64,000 bases of DNA from Octopus sinensis (taxonomy: Eukaryota). Positions 38,776 to 53,506 of the stretch are shown here, piece after piece. A program made the position numbers and the translations under genes. Below the pieces are notes generated by a model that saw nothing but the letters and a program-made list of their open reading frames with translations, searched no databases and had not been told where the DNA came from. The stretch spans positions 54,870,001-54,934,000 of the forward strand of contig NC_043009.1 of assembly GCF_006345805.1 (NCBI RefSeq). The letters run 5' to 3'. Every line of letters begins with the position of its first letter. Position 1 is the stretch's first letter.

Positions 38776-39714
38776 TTACATTCTGAGTTCAAATTCTGTC
38801 AAGGTCAACTTTGCCTTTCATCCTTCCAGGGTCAATAAAATAAGTACCAGTCAAGTACTGGGATCAATGCAGTCAACCAGCACAACACCCCTCAAAATTT
38901 CAGACTCTGTGCTTGTAGGAGAAAGTATTATTGTTTTGTGTTTTTCGGTAGAAAGTTGTTTGTAGGGTGTGATGTGACCCTGATAACATTGAAATTGAAA
39001 TGAACCTGGATACGAGTTCAATAGAAAGAATCAATAATAGTTTAGAATTCTCCACTTAACTCGACTTCCTTCACGTCATCGCAGCTTCAGTAAGAATTAA
39101 AGAAACGACAGAAGAAATCGAAACGAAGAACAACAAAGAAGCTGGCAGGAGATGGTGAAAGTGAAGGTGTCAAATACGATGTTTGGGAATGGGAATATCA
39201 CTAATTAACATCACTAATTAACTGAATTAAAGATTTATTTCGGAAGTACAAAAACAAGCAAAAAACAAAAAAAAAAACAAAAAAATTACAAGGCACTGAA
39301 AATACATTCTGGCTTTGTTTTTCTAACTTTATGTTCGACAATTTGAATTGGGTTTAACCCTTTTGATACTAACCTGCCTGAAGCTGCCCTTGGTTCTACA
39401 ATACAAACTTCCTGTTTTAAAGGGATCTAAATTAAAACCTTTCATAAATATTTCATGTTAAACTGATTGGAGTAGAGAGGTTATGTCATTGTTTGATTTG
39501 CAAATGGTGACAAAAGGATTTGGACAAACATAACTGATTGGTTAACTAAATGTAAAATAATCAATCAATCAACCAATTAATTGGTTAAATAGTTAACCAA
39601 TTGTCAAATGACAAACAAAATGGAACCAGTGCATGTTTTTATCACTAATATAATGACTTTTCCGAGATAACACAAAATATGTTTCAAATACCAGTTTAAT
39701 CATTCTTTCTACTA

Positions 39715-39918
39715 TAGGCACAAGACCTAACGTCCGGGAGGAAGAGGCTAATTGATTACATCAACCCCAGTGCCTGACTGATACTTATTTTATCAACCCC
39801 GAAAGGATGAAGAGCAAAGTCACCATAGTAGAATTTGAACTCAGAACATAATGACAGATGAAATGCTGCTAAGCATTTTATATGGCAGGCTAATGGTTTT
39901 GCCAATTTGCCACCTTAA
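39715..39918 (-). mobile_element. SINE family B-related copy
   Basis: gattacatcaaccccagtg...gaaaggatgaa...gaatttgaactcagaac...gccaatttgccaccttaa. Confidence 0.75.
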
Positions 39919-40517
39919 ACACAAGTTTAATAATAAAGGTTATTTAACTAATTTTTTTTTATTATTTCAAAACTGAAACTAAAGCAGTGTATTTCAATAG
40001 AAATATGATAATAGAAGAGTTAAACAACACCAAAGTGAGTAACATTTTGGTTGTGCTATTGAGCAACCACAGAAAACTCAATCTGTATGTGAGGCAGCTT
40101 GACAAAAGCCGTTTCCCCCTAAGCTATGTTCATAAGAGTTGTACTCAGCACTGCAATTCCAGTTAGAGCCAGGAAAAGAAAGAAATATGTAAGTTGTAAA
40201 CAAAAAAATTTCCAAAATTTATGTTATACAAAAAATTTAGGAGGGGGCATTTTTCTTTAAAAAAATGTATGTGTATATATGCATATGTCTGTGTGTGTGT
40301 GTGTGTGTGTGTGCATATACACAAAGACACACACTATATATAGTTTGACAAAGGTCAGCAGACCACAACTTCAAAATCATTGTCAACCTACCTCCTTGTA
40401 AAAGTACAATAAACATGCACTCTACAAAAAGCATTGAATAATTCTTCAGTTTAATGTTAAATTGCTTTTATTATAAAATCACGCACACACACTCACATTT
40501 ATTATATATTGATTTTA

Positions 40518-40722
40518 AATTTTGGCACAAGGCCAGCAATTTCAGGGAAGGGTTAAGTCAATTACATTAACATCAGTATTCAACTGGTATTTATTTTATC
40601 AACCCTGAAAGGATGAAAGGTAAAGTCAACCTCAGTGGAATTTGAACTCAGAATGTAAAGGCAGACGAAATGCTGCCAAACATTTTGCCCAACATGCTAA
40701 CAATTCTCTCAGCTCACCGACT
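40518..40722 (-). mobile_element. SINE family B-related copy
   Basis: ttttggcacaaggccagc...gaaaggatgaaaggtaaagtcaacctcagtggaatttgaactcag...ctcagctcaccgactta. Confidence 0.75.
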
Positions 40723-41879
40723 TATGTATTATTATATATTACTACATGAGTGTATTATTATATATTACTACATGAGTGTAAGCTTTAAAAACACAAAATC
40801 AAAATCACATCTCCGATGTGACTGAAGAAACAAATACTTAAAATATTCATCTTCATAAAGTAAAACAGACAGACAAATAGATAGGACAGGCTTCTTTCAG
40901 TTTCTGTCTGTCAAATCCACTCACAAGGCTTTGGCTGGCCTGAGACTGTAATAAAAGACTCTTGCCCAAGGTGCCACTCAGTGGAACTAAACCTGGAACC
41001 ACAGGTTGGAAAGAAAAGTTCTTACCACACAGCTATGCCTGCTAACAACTCTATTCACCAACAAGAAGGACTTGCCTAAAGTTCTCGATTCTGTTGAATT
41101 AAAAAAATTAGCAATAAATCACTCTCTGGTTGGGCTGCCAGTCTATTGTGGTTAGCATCCCCAAAAGATTTGGCATTTATTCCACATCAACAAATCACAT
41201 ACGAACAATCTGTCTTGCACAGAGGTGTAACAAAGCACCCAGAATAGATTGAATTTGATTATTTTCCAGCTTGTAAAGTTCAATATTTCATAAAGTTCAG
41301 TATTTCCTCAAACACTTCGCTTCTTCTACAAGAAACTATTTCAATCATTTTTTACTAAAAAAAAAAAACTCTACGTTTTAATTGAAATATACCATTAACA
41401 TTTCTAAACTCTGAATAAAATTTCAATAAAAAAATAATTAAAAACCAATTTTTTTTTCAAATAAATAAATAAATGGCTGATCTGATGAATACATTGAAAC
41501 ATAATTAAACATTTAACTGATATTTCATTTTAAAATGACATAATTTGATCTCTTGCAATTAATTAATTAAAAGAAACCACTGACATTAGTAGCAGAAGCT
41601 ATGTACATTAGCAAGTTACATTCATTTCTTTATCAAAATATAATTTTGCATGAATCCTCACCTCACATTGAAATATTTAATTGCAGGAATTAAGCAAAAA
41701 GCTGCTCTCATATTTATTGTATAAAGCAATAATAATCATATTGATTACTATTTTTCTTTTTTTCCATAGCAATTTTATTTTAATTTCCAGTTCTAATTCT
41801 ATAGTTGGGTATTTTCCATAACCTTGCTTCAACCACGTTTGGAGAATGAAATTTAATTTATGGAAATTATGTAAAAGTC

Positions 41880-41941
<62 letters not shown>

Positions 41942-42481
41942 TTAACATCTGTTTTCCATGTGATGCATATACACACCAAATCTTCATTCAAAGCCCCTTT
42001 TTCCATGCTGGCACATGCTAGATGGTTTGACAGGAAACAATGAGCAAGAGGACTGTGCAGAGCTCCAATGTCTGTTTTGGCATGGTTCATACACCAAGAT
42101 GCCCTTCCTAATGCCAACCACTTTACAGAGTGTACTGGGTGCTTTTCATTTGGCACCAGCACTAGTGAGGTCACCAAGTAACTAGCAAAACAAGACCCCT
42201 AAACTGAATGGAGTATTGAAGAATGTAAAAGTATGATGGAGGTGCAAACAGGAACAGGTATGTATTCACCTCTTCAGGTATCTTGTTGAAGAAGTGAAAA
42301 CATGACTTCCACATCCATATATATATATATATATATCATCATCATCATCGTTTAACGTCCGTTCTCCAATCTAGCATGGGTTGGACGGTTCGACCGGGGA
42401 TCTGGGAAGCCAGAAGGCTGCACCAGACTCCAGTCTTATCTGGCAATGTTTCTACAGCTGGATGCCCTACCTAACGCCATA

Positions 42482-42519
<38 letters not shown>

Positions 42520-42550
42520 GAAATATATATGCACACACACACACACACAC

Positions 42551-44710
42551 AAACATAAACACACATCTCAGCATGCGCTGATATAGTTGTAGTGAAATTT
42601 AGAGACTAAAGCTGTATAGCAACTCATCATGCATGTATGGACTCATCTTTCAGTAACGCTAATCAACAAGATATGTAAACACTGGCAAGAAAACTGGTAA
42701 ACCAGAAGTGCCCTGACATATTTACTTGGTCGAATTAGTACGTATGCACCCTTATTACTCTCAGCATAGTAAATGTTTGGATTTGAACTTGAAACAAAGA
42801 TGTGGCTGTGTGGTATGAAGTTTGCTTCCCAACCACATGGTTCAGGGTTCAGTCCCACTGCATGGCACATTGAGCAAGTGTCTTCTACTATAGTCTTGAG
42901 CTGACCAAACCTTTGTGAGTGGATCTGATAGATGGAAACTGAAAGAAGCCCATCGTGTGTGTATTTTTGTGTAAGTCTTCATCTTGCACCAGTGCTTGAC
43001 AACCAGTGTTGGTGTGTTTACATCCCCATATCTTAGCGGCTCAGCAAAAGAAACCAACAGAATAAGTACCAGGCTTTACAGAAAAAATAATAAGTATTGG
43101 GGTCAATTCATTCAACTAAAATTCTTCAAAGCATTGCTCCATCATGGCCACTGTCGAAAGACTAAATCAAGTGAAAGATAAAAGATGCTGTCTTTTGCTT
43201 TTAGCTTCCAGATAAGCGCAGCTGATTCTCTACACCTGCATATAGCTTTCAACACATTCCACATATCTCTTTCCTGCTTTCCTTCCACAGGAAGTTATAC
43301 TAGAATATGACCTTCTCCCATTGTCTGTTCAAGGTTTATGAAGGGGGTCTGAACACTGCCACTAATTGCTAATAAACTACTTATTGATTATATCATCATT
43401 ATTTTAACGTCCACTTTTCCATGCTTGCATGGGTTAGAAAAAAAATTCGTTGAGGTAGATTTCCTATGGCTGGATACCAGCCATCATCGGTTTTCAAGAA
43501 AGGTAATATTTTTCCCCTTGCAGGACATGATTTCATTGAAGACTGGAAAAGAATGACACCACTTGCGTGCTGGTGATGCTTGTTTACAATTACCATGTAA
43601 TAACACACACACACACCACACACACACACACACAAACATAAACACACATCTCAGCATGCGCTGATATAGTTGTAGTGAAATTTAGAGACTAAAGCTGTAT
43701 AGCAACTCATCATGCATGTATGGACTCATCTTTCAGTAACGCTAATCAACAAGATATGTAAACACTGGCAAGAAAACTGGTAAACCAGAAGTGCCCTGAC
43801 ATATTTACTTGGTCGAATTAGTACGTATGCACCCTTATTACTCTCAGCATAGTAAATGTTTGGATTTGAACTTGAAACAAAGATGTGGCTGTGTGGTATG
43901 AAGTTTGCTTCCCAACCACATGGTTCAGGGTTCAGTCCCACTGCATGGCACATTGAGCAAGTGTCTTCTACTATAGTCTTGAGCTGACCAAACCTTTGTG
44001 AGTGGATCTGATAGATGGAAACTGAAAGAAGCCCATCGTGTGTGTATTTTTGTGTAAGTCTTCATCTTGCACCAGTGCTTGACAACCAGTGTTGGTGTGT
44101 TTACATCCCCATATCTTAGCGGCTCAGCAAAAGAAACCAACAGAATAAGTACCAGGCTTTACAGAAAAAATAATAAGTATTGGGGTCAATTCATTCAACT
44201 AAAATTCTTCAAAGCATTGCTCCATCATGGCCACTGTCGAAAGACTAAATCAAGTGAAAGATAAAAGATGCTGTCTTTTGCTTTTAGCTTCCAGATAAGC
44301 GCAGCTGATTCTCTACACCTGCATATAGCTTTCAACACATTCCACATATCTCTTTCCTGCTTTCCTTCCACAGGAAGTTATACTAGAATATGACCTTCTC
44401 CCATTGTCTGTTCAAGGTTTATGAAGGGGGTCTGAACACTGCCACTAATTGCTAATAAACTACTTATTGATTATATCATCATTATTTTAACGTCCACTTT
44501 TCCATGCTTGCATGGGTTAGAAAAAAAAATTTGTTGAGGTAGATTTCCTATGGCTGGATACCAGCCATCATCGGTTTTCAAGAAAGGTAATATTTTTCCC
44601 CTTGCAGGACATGATTTCATTGAAGACTGGAAAAGAATGACACCACTTGCGTGCTGGTGATGCTTGTTTACAATTACCATGTAATAACACACACACACAC
44701 ACACACACAT
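42551..44710 (+). repeat. Near-perfect 1083-bp direct tandem duplication (42551-43633 / 43634-about 44710)
   Basis: Identical ORF pairs offset by 1083 (42643/43726, 42842/43925, 42984/44067); junctions fall in (CA)n; each copy holds a family A SINE and an RTE-tail fragment. Confidence 0.95.
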
Positions 44711-44999
44711 AAATATCCAAACCACGCTAATATAGGAAAAAACAGATATTAACCTAATCGTGTGTGTGTGAGAGAGAGAGAGAGAGTATTTCTTTATTCA
44801 CCATAAGGTTGAGAAAAAGAGGGGGCAAAACAAACGTTGGGGTCAGGGTATCGAATGAGACGAAACGTATGAATAAACAAAGAATTAAAATATATACAAT
44901 TAAATGAGAATGAGTGATTAACAAAAAATGAAGCGGAGGACGTGGTTGACCCCACAAACCACATACTCACACTGAAGACTTTGCTTTCTCCTTTTTTAC

Positions 45000-45215
45000 A
45001 TTCTCGATTAAACAGGTTCTTTCACTAGCAACATACTTACTATATACTTCCATCTTTTACGAAACACACTTTGTGACAGGCATTTCTTCACCAGCCTTAT
45101 TTTCCATTTCATGTGGAAAACGAAAAAGTCGATTAGCTCGAGACTGGAGATAAACATGCCTGTTGCAATTCCTTTCACTCTCGTCTTCCATACTACTTCT
45201 TTCGCCATAGCAAGA
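45000..45215 (-). mobile_element. L1/Tx1-like LINE ORF2 C-terminal remnant
   Basis: MAKEVVWKTRVKG...LIDFFVFHMKWKIRLVKKCLSQSVFRKRW resembles non-LTR ORF2 C-termini and has a diverged homolog at 50570-50930. Confidence 0.6.
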
Positions 45216-46326
45216 GAGAGAGAGAGAGAGAACTAGCATTTAAACTGGCCATATCAGACCCAAATATTCCACATGCTTTATGTTCAAACTGACCCACATT
45301 TGGCCTTTCACATCTACCCATACAATATCATTCTGAAAATATACAATCACATCATTCAAATCTAGAAGCAGTGAGATAATAACGCATGATTAATTTAAAT
45401 CAATTTGAATAAATAAACATTATGCTTAACAGGAGAATCTGACTGCCGAAGGATTAAAGCCAGGTAGACAGAGCTGACAACACTTTCGATTGACTACCCT
45501 ACCTAACATGCTGTTTACTCACCCAGTCAGAACTCCTACAGCTTTCATTCCCCCACCATCCCCAAAAGGAAAAAAAATTCGAAATCAAAAACATATATAA
45601 AATGTAAAAAAAAAAAAAACACGACTAATATAAACGCTTTTCTTAATAAATTAACATAAAAGATTTAAAATAAAATAAAAGATTTTAAAAAAACTGAACA
45701 ATCACAGTACATGTTCATAATATTACAGTGTAAGATAAAGGTTGAATGACTCAGAAGAAAAAACAGTTTTAAAACAACCAATTTTATTTGAAATTGTAGT
45801 TAAGAGACTCAAAACTGAAGAAAAAAAAACAAGAAGAGGAGGGAGAGATTGCAGAAAACTTTTGATTTTTCTCTCTTGACTTGACATGTTAAACTAGACT
45901 AAAGCAGTATAAACTTAATATTGTTTCATTAAGCAAGAAAACGCTTAGAAAATAAAATAGTAACAACAATAATACTAATAGATATACTACTACTAATAAT
46001 AATAATAATAATAATAATGTTTGTATTAATGACTATTTTTTTTAAAATCATTTTTTTATAACAATAATAAAATTTTCTTTATTATTGCCACGATGATGAT
46101 AATGATGATGAAGGGGATCACTTTTATAGAAGAGCAAATGGAAAAGAAAAGCAGTCGAGTAGATGGTGTGGGTGAGTGGATGCATGTGGTGATGGAGAAG
46201 TGGTGGTGGAGGTGGAATCAATAAAGTTCAGAAAGAGACATAAAGTCAGTTCCTGAACAGATTAATATCATGAAGTCTTACAGATTATATTGCACAGGTT
46301 GAAGTGAATAGAACACACTCTCCATT

Positions 46327-46365
<39 letters not shown>

Positions 46366-46372
46366 TATACAT

Positions 46373-46769
46373 ATACTCTTTTACTTGTTTCAGTCATTTG
46401 ACTGCGGCCATGCTGGAGCACCGCCTTTAGTCGAGCAAATCGATCCCGGGACTTATTCTTTGTAAGCCCAGTACTTATTGTATCGGTCTCTTTTTGCCAA
46501 ACCGCTAAGTGACGGGGACGTAAACACACCAGCATCGGTTGTCAAGCAATGCTAGGGGGACAAACACACACAAACACACATATATATATATATATGTATA
46601 TACATATATACGACAGGCTTCTTTCAGTTTCTGTCTACCAAATCCACTCACAAGGCATTGGTCGGCCCGGGGCTATAGCAGAAGACACTTGCCCAAGATG
46701 CCACGCAGTGGGACTGAACCCGGAACAATGTGATTGGTTAGCAAGCTACTTACCACACAGCCACTCCTG
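46373..46769 (-). mobile_element. SINE family A, full length and young
   Basis: Near-identical to 25342-25742. Confidence 0.9.
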
Positions 46770-46782
46770 TGTATATTTATAT

Positions 46783-46816
<34 letters not shown>

Positions 46817-47032
46817 GTAAAAAAATACACATACACACACACATACACATGCATGCACACAAGCACACACACACACACAAATACACACACAGAGAGAAAT
46901 ACCTCACTTTACAAGGACCTGCTTTATGAGACCCTGGGTTTATGAGTTTTTTACAAGTTTTGGTTTCTGTTTATGAGTTTTCGCTTTATGAGCATTCTCC
47001 AGGAAAGAACTGACTCGTATATTGAGGCATTA

Positions 47033-47069
<37 letters not shown>

Positions 47070-47539
47070 AATACACACATACACGTCGTTCTTGGAAGCT
47101 ATTAGATTTGTTGTGTACATAAACAAGAGAATGGTTACTTCTTTCTTTGGTATTGGTCAAGTGATGCACATATTCCTGATAAAACCCCCAAAACGGTGGA
47201 AAATTGATAAAAGCTTTCCTTTATTTATAATTAAATATGCTTGTTCAATTGACAGAGAAATAGATAAATTGGACATGTTTCTTTGTCTCCTATGTACGCA
47301 TGTACAAACACACACACACACACACATATGCACACATGTTGAAGAATATGTATCTAATTGTATGTGTGAGTGTGCTCTTGGCCACAAAGGCTCAAACAAA
47401 TTAAAGAATTGAAATATATATATATATATTTGCATGTGTGTATGTGTATGTGTGTCAGAGAGAGAGAAAGAGAAAGGAAGACTCAGAGAATATTTAATGA
47501 GCTACTGCTAACTTTCAAAAGATGGCAAATAGGAGGGGG

Positions 47540-47675
47540 GTGATGAGGAGGAGGAGGAGGTGGAGAAGAAGAAGAAGAAGAAGAAGAAGAAGAAGAAGAA
47601 AAGAAGAAAAGAAGAAGAAGAAGAAAAGAAGAAGAAGAAGAAGAAGAAGAAGAAGAAGAAAACAACAACAAGAAA
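47540..47675 (+). repeat. (GAG)n/(GAA)n polypurine trinucleotide tract
   Basis: Directly visible. Confidence 0.95.
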
Positions 47676-48494
47676 GAGAGTGATTTACATCTTTCAATGA
47701 TGAGGAAGAGAAAAGAAGAAAAAGCTGGCAAGGAGAAAGGGAGAAAGAGAAGAAGAAATTGAATTATATATTTCAAAAGAGGTATTTCAATCTATCTTAT
47801 ATAATTCAATCAGCACCAACTTATGTAAACATTACAACAAGAAAGTACTTAGAATTTACTCTGGTTTCCATTTGAAATGCAATTATTGCACATTTGGTAC
47901 CAGTTTCAACAGTTACTATGGTTACTTGGACACATACATTGAATTCGTACACACAGATTCCTTTACACATGTGTATACAATAATAACAACCACCTTTATC
48001 ACCACCACCACTACCACTGATGCCAACACTACCGCCATCATCATCACCACCACCACCATCATTGTCTTTACTACTGCTTTTCCATGCTGGCATGGGTTGA
48101 ACAAAACTTTTTGAGGTAATAAATAAAAGCTGGAGATCCTTTCTGTTATTTGCCAACTGTTATTTGCTTTTCAGGAAATAGTTTATTCTGGAGTTTTACA
48201 CTTTAAATTGCAAAGTTGCTGGACAGAGCATAAACATCACTGCAGCCCATGTGGTGCCAATCCCAAAACACAAACATTCACACACACACACATGTATGGA
48301 TGCACATGTGTACACACACACACACACAATGGGCTTCTGTACAGCTTCCGTTTACCAAACTTCAATTACAAGTCTTAATGAACCTAAGGTTATAGCAGAA
48401 GAAGCTTGGACAAGATGCCACAGAGTGGAATCAAACTCAAACCCATGTGCTTGCAAAATGAATTTCAAAACCAGACAGCCATGCCCATCTCTTT

Positions 48495-48525
<31 letters not shown>

Positions 48526-48611
48526 ATTATATGTAAAGGTAAGATCCAAGGATTCAGGTGTAGGAAGTTAGTAAACCAGGATTTTACCTGCTCCATTCCA
48601 TAAATTTGGAT

Positions 48612-48656
<45 letters not shown>

Positions 48657-50569
48657 TAAAGTTAGAAGGGTGGCAAGCCAAAAGAATCATTAGAACATTG
48701 GAAAAAATGCCCTGTAGTATTTGTTCACCACTTTACATTCTGAGTTCACATCCTGCTGAGGTGAACTTTGCCTTTCATCATTTGGAGTTGATAAAGTATT
48801 GAGCAAGTACAAGGGTTGATGTTTTCAATTTGCCCTCTCCCTTCAAAATTGTTGGCTTTTTTTGCCTAAATAAGAAGCAATTATAGTTAGAGTGATCTCC
48901 CTTTTTAAATAAATGTTCCTTGCAAACTATGAACTCGTAACCCAAGCAAATCATGAAACTATTAGTAATGATATAATGGGCAATTATTCAGCTAACAAAT
49001 AAATTATATTGTGCACACACATAGAGAGAAAGAGAGATCAATAAAACAAAGAGCAACACTGGCAATAATCATGCAAATGTAACAACAACAATTACAAAAA
49101 TGGCATTGCCATTTAAAAGATCAATAGCAATACATTAATCATATTAAGGACATGACCATAAGTTTGTAGGGAAAGAGAGGTATATAATCATAATTAATTG
49201 TATGTTGTTTTTGTTGTTTCATTTTGGATAAAGTCTTATCAAGCAGACCTAAGATTATTGCCCTTTAAGGCCAAAGCCTGAACATCTTTCATTGACACAT
49301 AACATACCTAACACTATATGATCCAATGTAGTCCTTCATTTTAATGAAAGCAGAATGTTTTTTGAGGGAGAGTTAGCTGCTATGCACCTGGCAACTTATT
49401 TTATTTAGCCTTGAAGGACAAATTCCCCAGAAGTTGAGCAATTAACATAAAGAAGTAGAACTTAATGTTGTTTCAGATTTTACTTTGATCTCCACCATTT
49501 CTGTCGATAAAAGCAATCAATAACAATGATCATAAATTTTTAGAGGATGATGTAGTCAATTTAATCAATCTCATTAATTGAACAGTACTTATTTTATCGA
49601 TCCTACCCTTGGAAAGATCAAAGGCAGAACTGGCCTCAACAGATTTTGAACTCAGAACAAAGGGATTAATTAAATACTGCCAGAATCATTAGCACGCCAG
49701 ACAAAATACTTGGCAACATTTCTTCTCACTCATTGCATTCTGAGTTCAAATTCTATCAAGGTTGACTTTGTTTTTCATCCTTATAGGATCAGTAAAATAA
49801 GTACCAATAGAGCACTGGAGTGGATGTAATCAGCTTATCCCCTATCCTAAAATTGCTGACCTCATGCCAAAATTTGAAACCATTATATCTAACATCCTAC
49901 CATTTCTTTCATACTTCTTAAAATGGTTTCTTACTTTGGTACATGGACACAAATTTGGAAGAAAGAGTATGTTGATGGACTGAAGTGAGCCCTGCATATG
50001 ACTGACACTTATAATCCAGCCCTGGGAGAATGAAAAGCAAATTTAACACCAGCAGAATCTCAAATCAGAAGATGATTATGTAACTAGATATTACAAAGTG
50101 TAAAGCCAGCAATGTTAAGCCATTTCTGCTTTTCCACCACCCAAGCAATAAATAAATATTTCTAATTTAGACACAAAAGCAGCAATTAAGGGACAGGGAC
50201 AAGTCATAACGATTGCCTCCACCACCATCACCACATCTCAATATTTGACAGGTACTTTATTTCATCAACATCCCACCCTATCCAGAGAGATGAAAGTTGA
50301 CCTCAGCAGGATTTGAACTTGGAATGTAAAGAGCAGGAGCAATTATCACAAAGCATTTCTTCTGACACTAATGAATCTGCCAATCCACTGCTCATAGCAA
50401 TTATGATGATGATGGTGATGATTTCTTTTATTTGCCATAGGGGCATCAGACAAGGAGGAAATTACAAGAACACTTCACAATTTATAGGGAGGGGGAGTAA
50501 CACAAAATGGGAAGAAACAGAGAAGAGGGTGACATGAGAATAAAATATATGTAGCATACAAAATATGTG

Positions 50570-50930
50570 AATACATCTATGATGCAGTCTTCCTGATACA
50601 GAGAACTCCAACTAGGACCAATCAAAGAACCCCACAGATCCAGGATCACCCTGACCACTAAGGGCACAAGCCCTCACCCAGCTGTTGTTCTTCAAGCTGC
50701 TGGCACATGCTTAGAGTAGGTTCTTTCCCCACTAACCATTTTTACAACAGTCACCTACTTTTTGACAAATTCACTGAGAGAAAAAGCACTTCTCTCTCTA
50801 CCCTCGCTTTCCTTTCCAAGTAGAACTCTGAGAGTTTTTGACCAAGGAAAGAGGTATCTTTCCTCAAGTCTTTCAGATCTGACCACTGCACATCTTTTGC
50901 CATAGAACAAGCTTAGAAAGTTGAAATTTG
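50570..50930 (-). mobile_element. Degenerate L1/Tx1-like LINE 3' remnant
   Basis: Minus-strand pieces (tatggcaaaagatgtgcagtgg; ERSAFSLSEFVKK*VTVVKMV) parallel the 45008 ORF. Confidence 0.5.
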
Positions 50931-51468
50931 CTCTTTTTTTTTTACACATGTCATCCTATTCTAATGCTACAAATTTCCATAATACAAAATATACTGAATG
51001 GTAGGGTCCTTAGCTAAATGACGAACAGTATTTCCTTTTTCATCCCGTGAAGTTCAGTTTTGAAATACTTTATCTTTTCTATATATATCTTACATTCTCT
51101 CTGAAGTGATGGTCATCAAATAAGTACCAGTCATACATTAGGGTTGTTTCAATCAACAATCTCTCTCTCAAACTTAAAACCTTGTGGTAATGTAAGAAAT
51201 CATTACTATTGCTTTACTTACTACAACTATCAGAACTACTACTACTAATACTACTACCCTAACAACAATACCACTACCACCACCACCACCACCTACTACT
51301 ACTACTACTACTGGGGAAAAAATCAAAATTTGGAATATTAATTTCAAGGTAAATCACAAAAGTAAATACAGGGATTTTTTTGAAATATTTATATTTGAAA
51401 CACTTATTACTTATGTGATCAATATATTGAATAGCAAATAATGAACTTAACTGTTCAAGAGAGAGGGG

Positions 51469-51499
<31 letters not shown>

Positions 51500-52563
51500 A
51501 GTGAAAAGAGAGTGAGGAAGAGAGATGAAGAACCTGGAGGCGGAACATGGCATTTCAGAAAGCTGTCACCAGCAGAAATAAAATCGATATTATCGTGAGT
51601 GTATTCCAGGGCACATTGAAACATGCACGTACACACACACATACTGGTTTCAGGTCTCTGCATTCTTTATTGAGATGTGAAATGGATACAATTTGACATC
51701 GTTCATGAAAACGTTGAAGAAAACGACAAACCCAAAGAAGTAAAGATTGACAAAGAAGATGGAGATGAAGAGGGTGGCGATGGAGACGAAAATGGCAATG
51801 ATGATACAGAAAATGGTGATGGTGGTGGAAAAGCATGACGATGTTAATGAAGAAGATGGCGTTGAGTTGAGGAGGATGGTGATGGTGATGAAGGGGATAG
51901 CAATGAAGAAGGTGGTGACAGTGATAAAAAAATTGGTTTATGGTGATGAAAAGGGTGGTGGTAGCAATGACGAGTAGAAAGAAGGAAATGAAGAAGGGGA
52001 CGATAGCAAGGAAGTGAAAGTGATGGTGATCATCATCATCAGCAGCAGCAGCAGAAGCATCCTATAACCTCCATTTTCCATGCTGGCATGGGTTGGACAG
52101 TTTGACAAAGCAGAGCTGGCAAGCCGGAGAGCTACACTGGGTTCCAGTCTGATTTGGCTTGGTTTCTACAGCTGGATGTCCTTACACTGTGTGCTGGTTG
52201 TGCAAGCACTTTTACATGGCATTGGCACAAGTGCCTTTTACGTGGCACCAGTACAGGATTCTAGCATTGTAAGAAGGCAATAGGCTGGTAGAATCATTAG
52301 CACACCAGATAAAATGCTCAGCAGCATTTCATCCATCTTTACACTGTGAGTTCAAATTCCACTGAGGTCAACTTAGCCTTTCAGATGAAATGCTTAGCAG
52401 TATTTCGCCCATTGCTACATTCTGATTTCAAATTCCACCAAGATCGACTTTGCCTTTCATTCTTTCAGGGTCGATAAATTAAGTACCAGTGAAACACTGG
52501 GATCAATATAATCAACTCGTCCATTCCCACAAATTTCAGACCTTGTGCCTATAGTAGAAAGGA

Positions 52564-52600
<37 letters not shown>

Positions 52601-53067
52601 TATATTATTATTATTATTGAGGTCACTGGACACCAGACAAAATACCTTGTTTTATTCAGTTCTGAGATCTAATCCTGCCAAAGCTGACTTTATCTTTCTG
52701 TTTTCTGGGATAAAAAAAAATAAAGTGTCAATGAAATACTGGCGTTAATTTAATTGACCATATTTGGTTGCTTCGTGATGATGATGGTAATAGTAATCTC
52801 AAAATGACAGCATCAATTACTTATACAGCGAATTACAAAATTATAATTAGACAGAGCAGTACCATTAGACAATTAAGAATGTTAACTAAACTGTGAGTAA
52901 ATATTTTTAAAGAGGATTTCTCTAGCTGAAAATTAGTTTTAATTAAGATGGTAAACCTTGTACTTAATTCTCATTAACTTGTCTGGACAGACAAAGAGAT
53001 TAGGCTTTCGTGAACATAATTTAATATGTACATCAAATGATGATCATCCCAAACTGGGATACTGGAT

Positions 53068-53102
<35 letters not shown>

Positions 53103-53106
<4 letters not shown>

Positions 53107-53506
53107 TCTTTTACTTGTTTCAGTCATTTGACTGTGGCCATGATGAAGCACCGCCTTTAGTTGAGGAAGTCGACCCCAGGACTTATGCTTTGTAAGCCTA
53201 GTACTTATTCTATCGGTCTCTTTTTGCCAAACCGCTAAGTTACGGGGACGTAAACATACCAGCATCGGTTGTCAAGCGATGGTGTGAGGGGGAACAAACA
53301 CAGACACACAGGTACACACACACACACATATATATATATAGATACACACATATACGATGGGCTTCTTTCAGTTTCCATCTACCAAATCCACTCACAAGGC
53401 TTTGGTCAGCCAGAGGTTATAATAGAAGACACTTGCCCAAGGTACCACACAGTGGGACTAAACTCAGTACCATGTGGTTGTTAAGCTAGCTACTTAACAC
53501 ACAGCC

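Noticed and set aside
45008-45208. Alternative first MTMR exon (ends in phase 0 at a gtaagt)
   Set aside because: The peptide resembles L1/Tx1 ORF2 C-termini, continues past the apparent donor and has a second diverged copy at about 50570-50930.
51547-51594. MAFQKAV identity to the N-terminus of human mitochondrial GPD2
   Set aside because: Seven-residue match in a normally non-conserved targeting peptide with no downstream similarity; likely chance.
51555-51836. Kinase-like RDLKP motif, or a phase-0 first exon for MTMR
   Set aside because: No other kinase motifs; the N-terminal half is low-complexity His-rich sequence.
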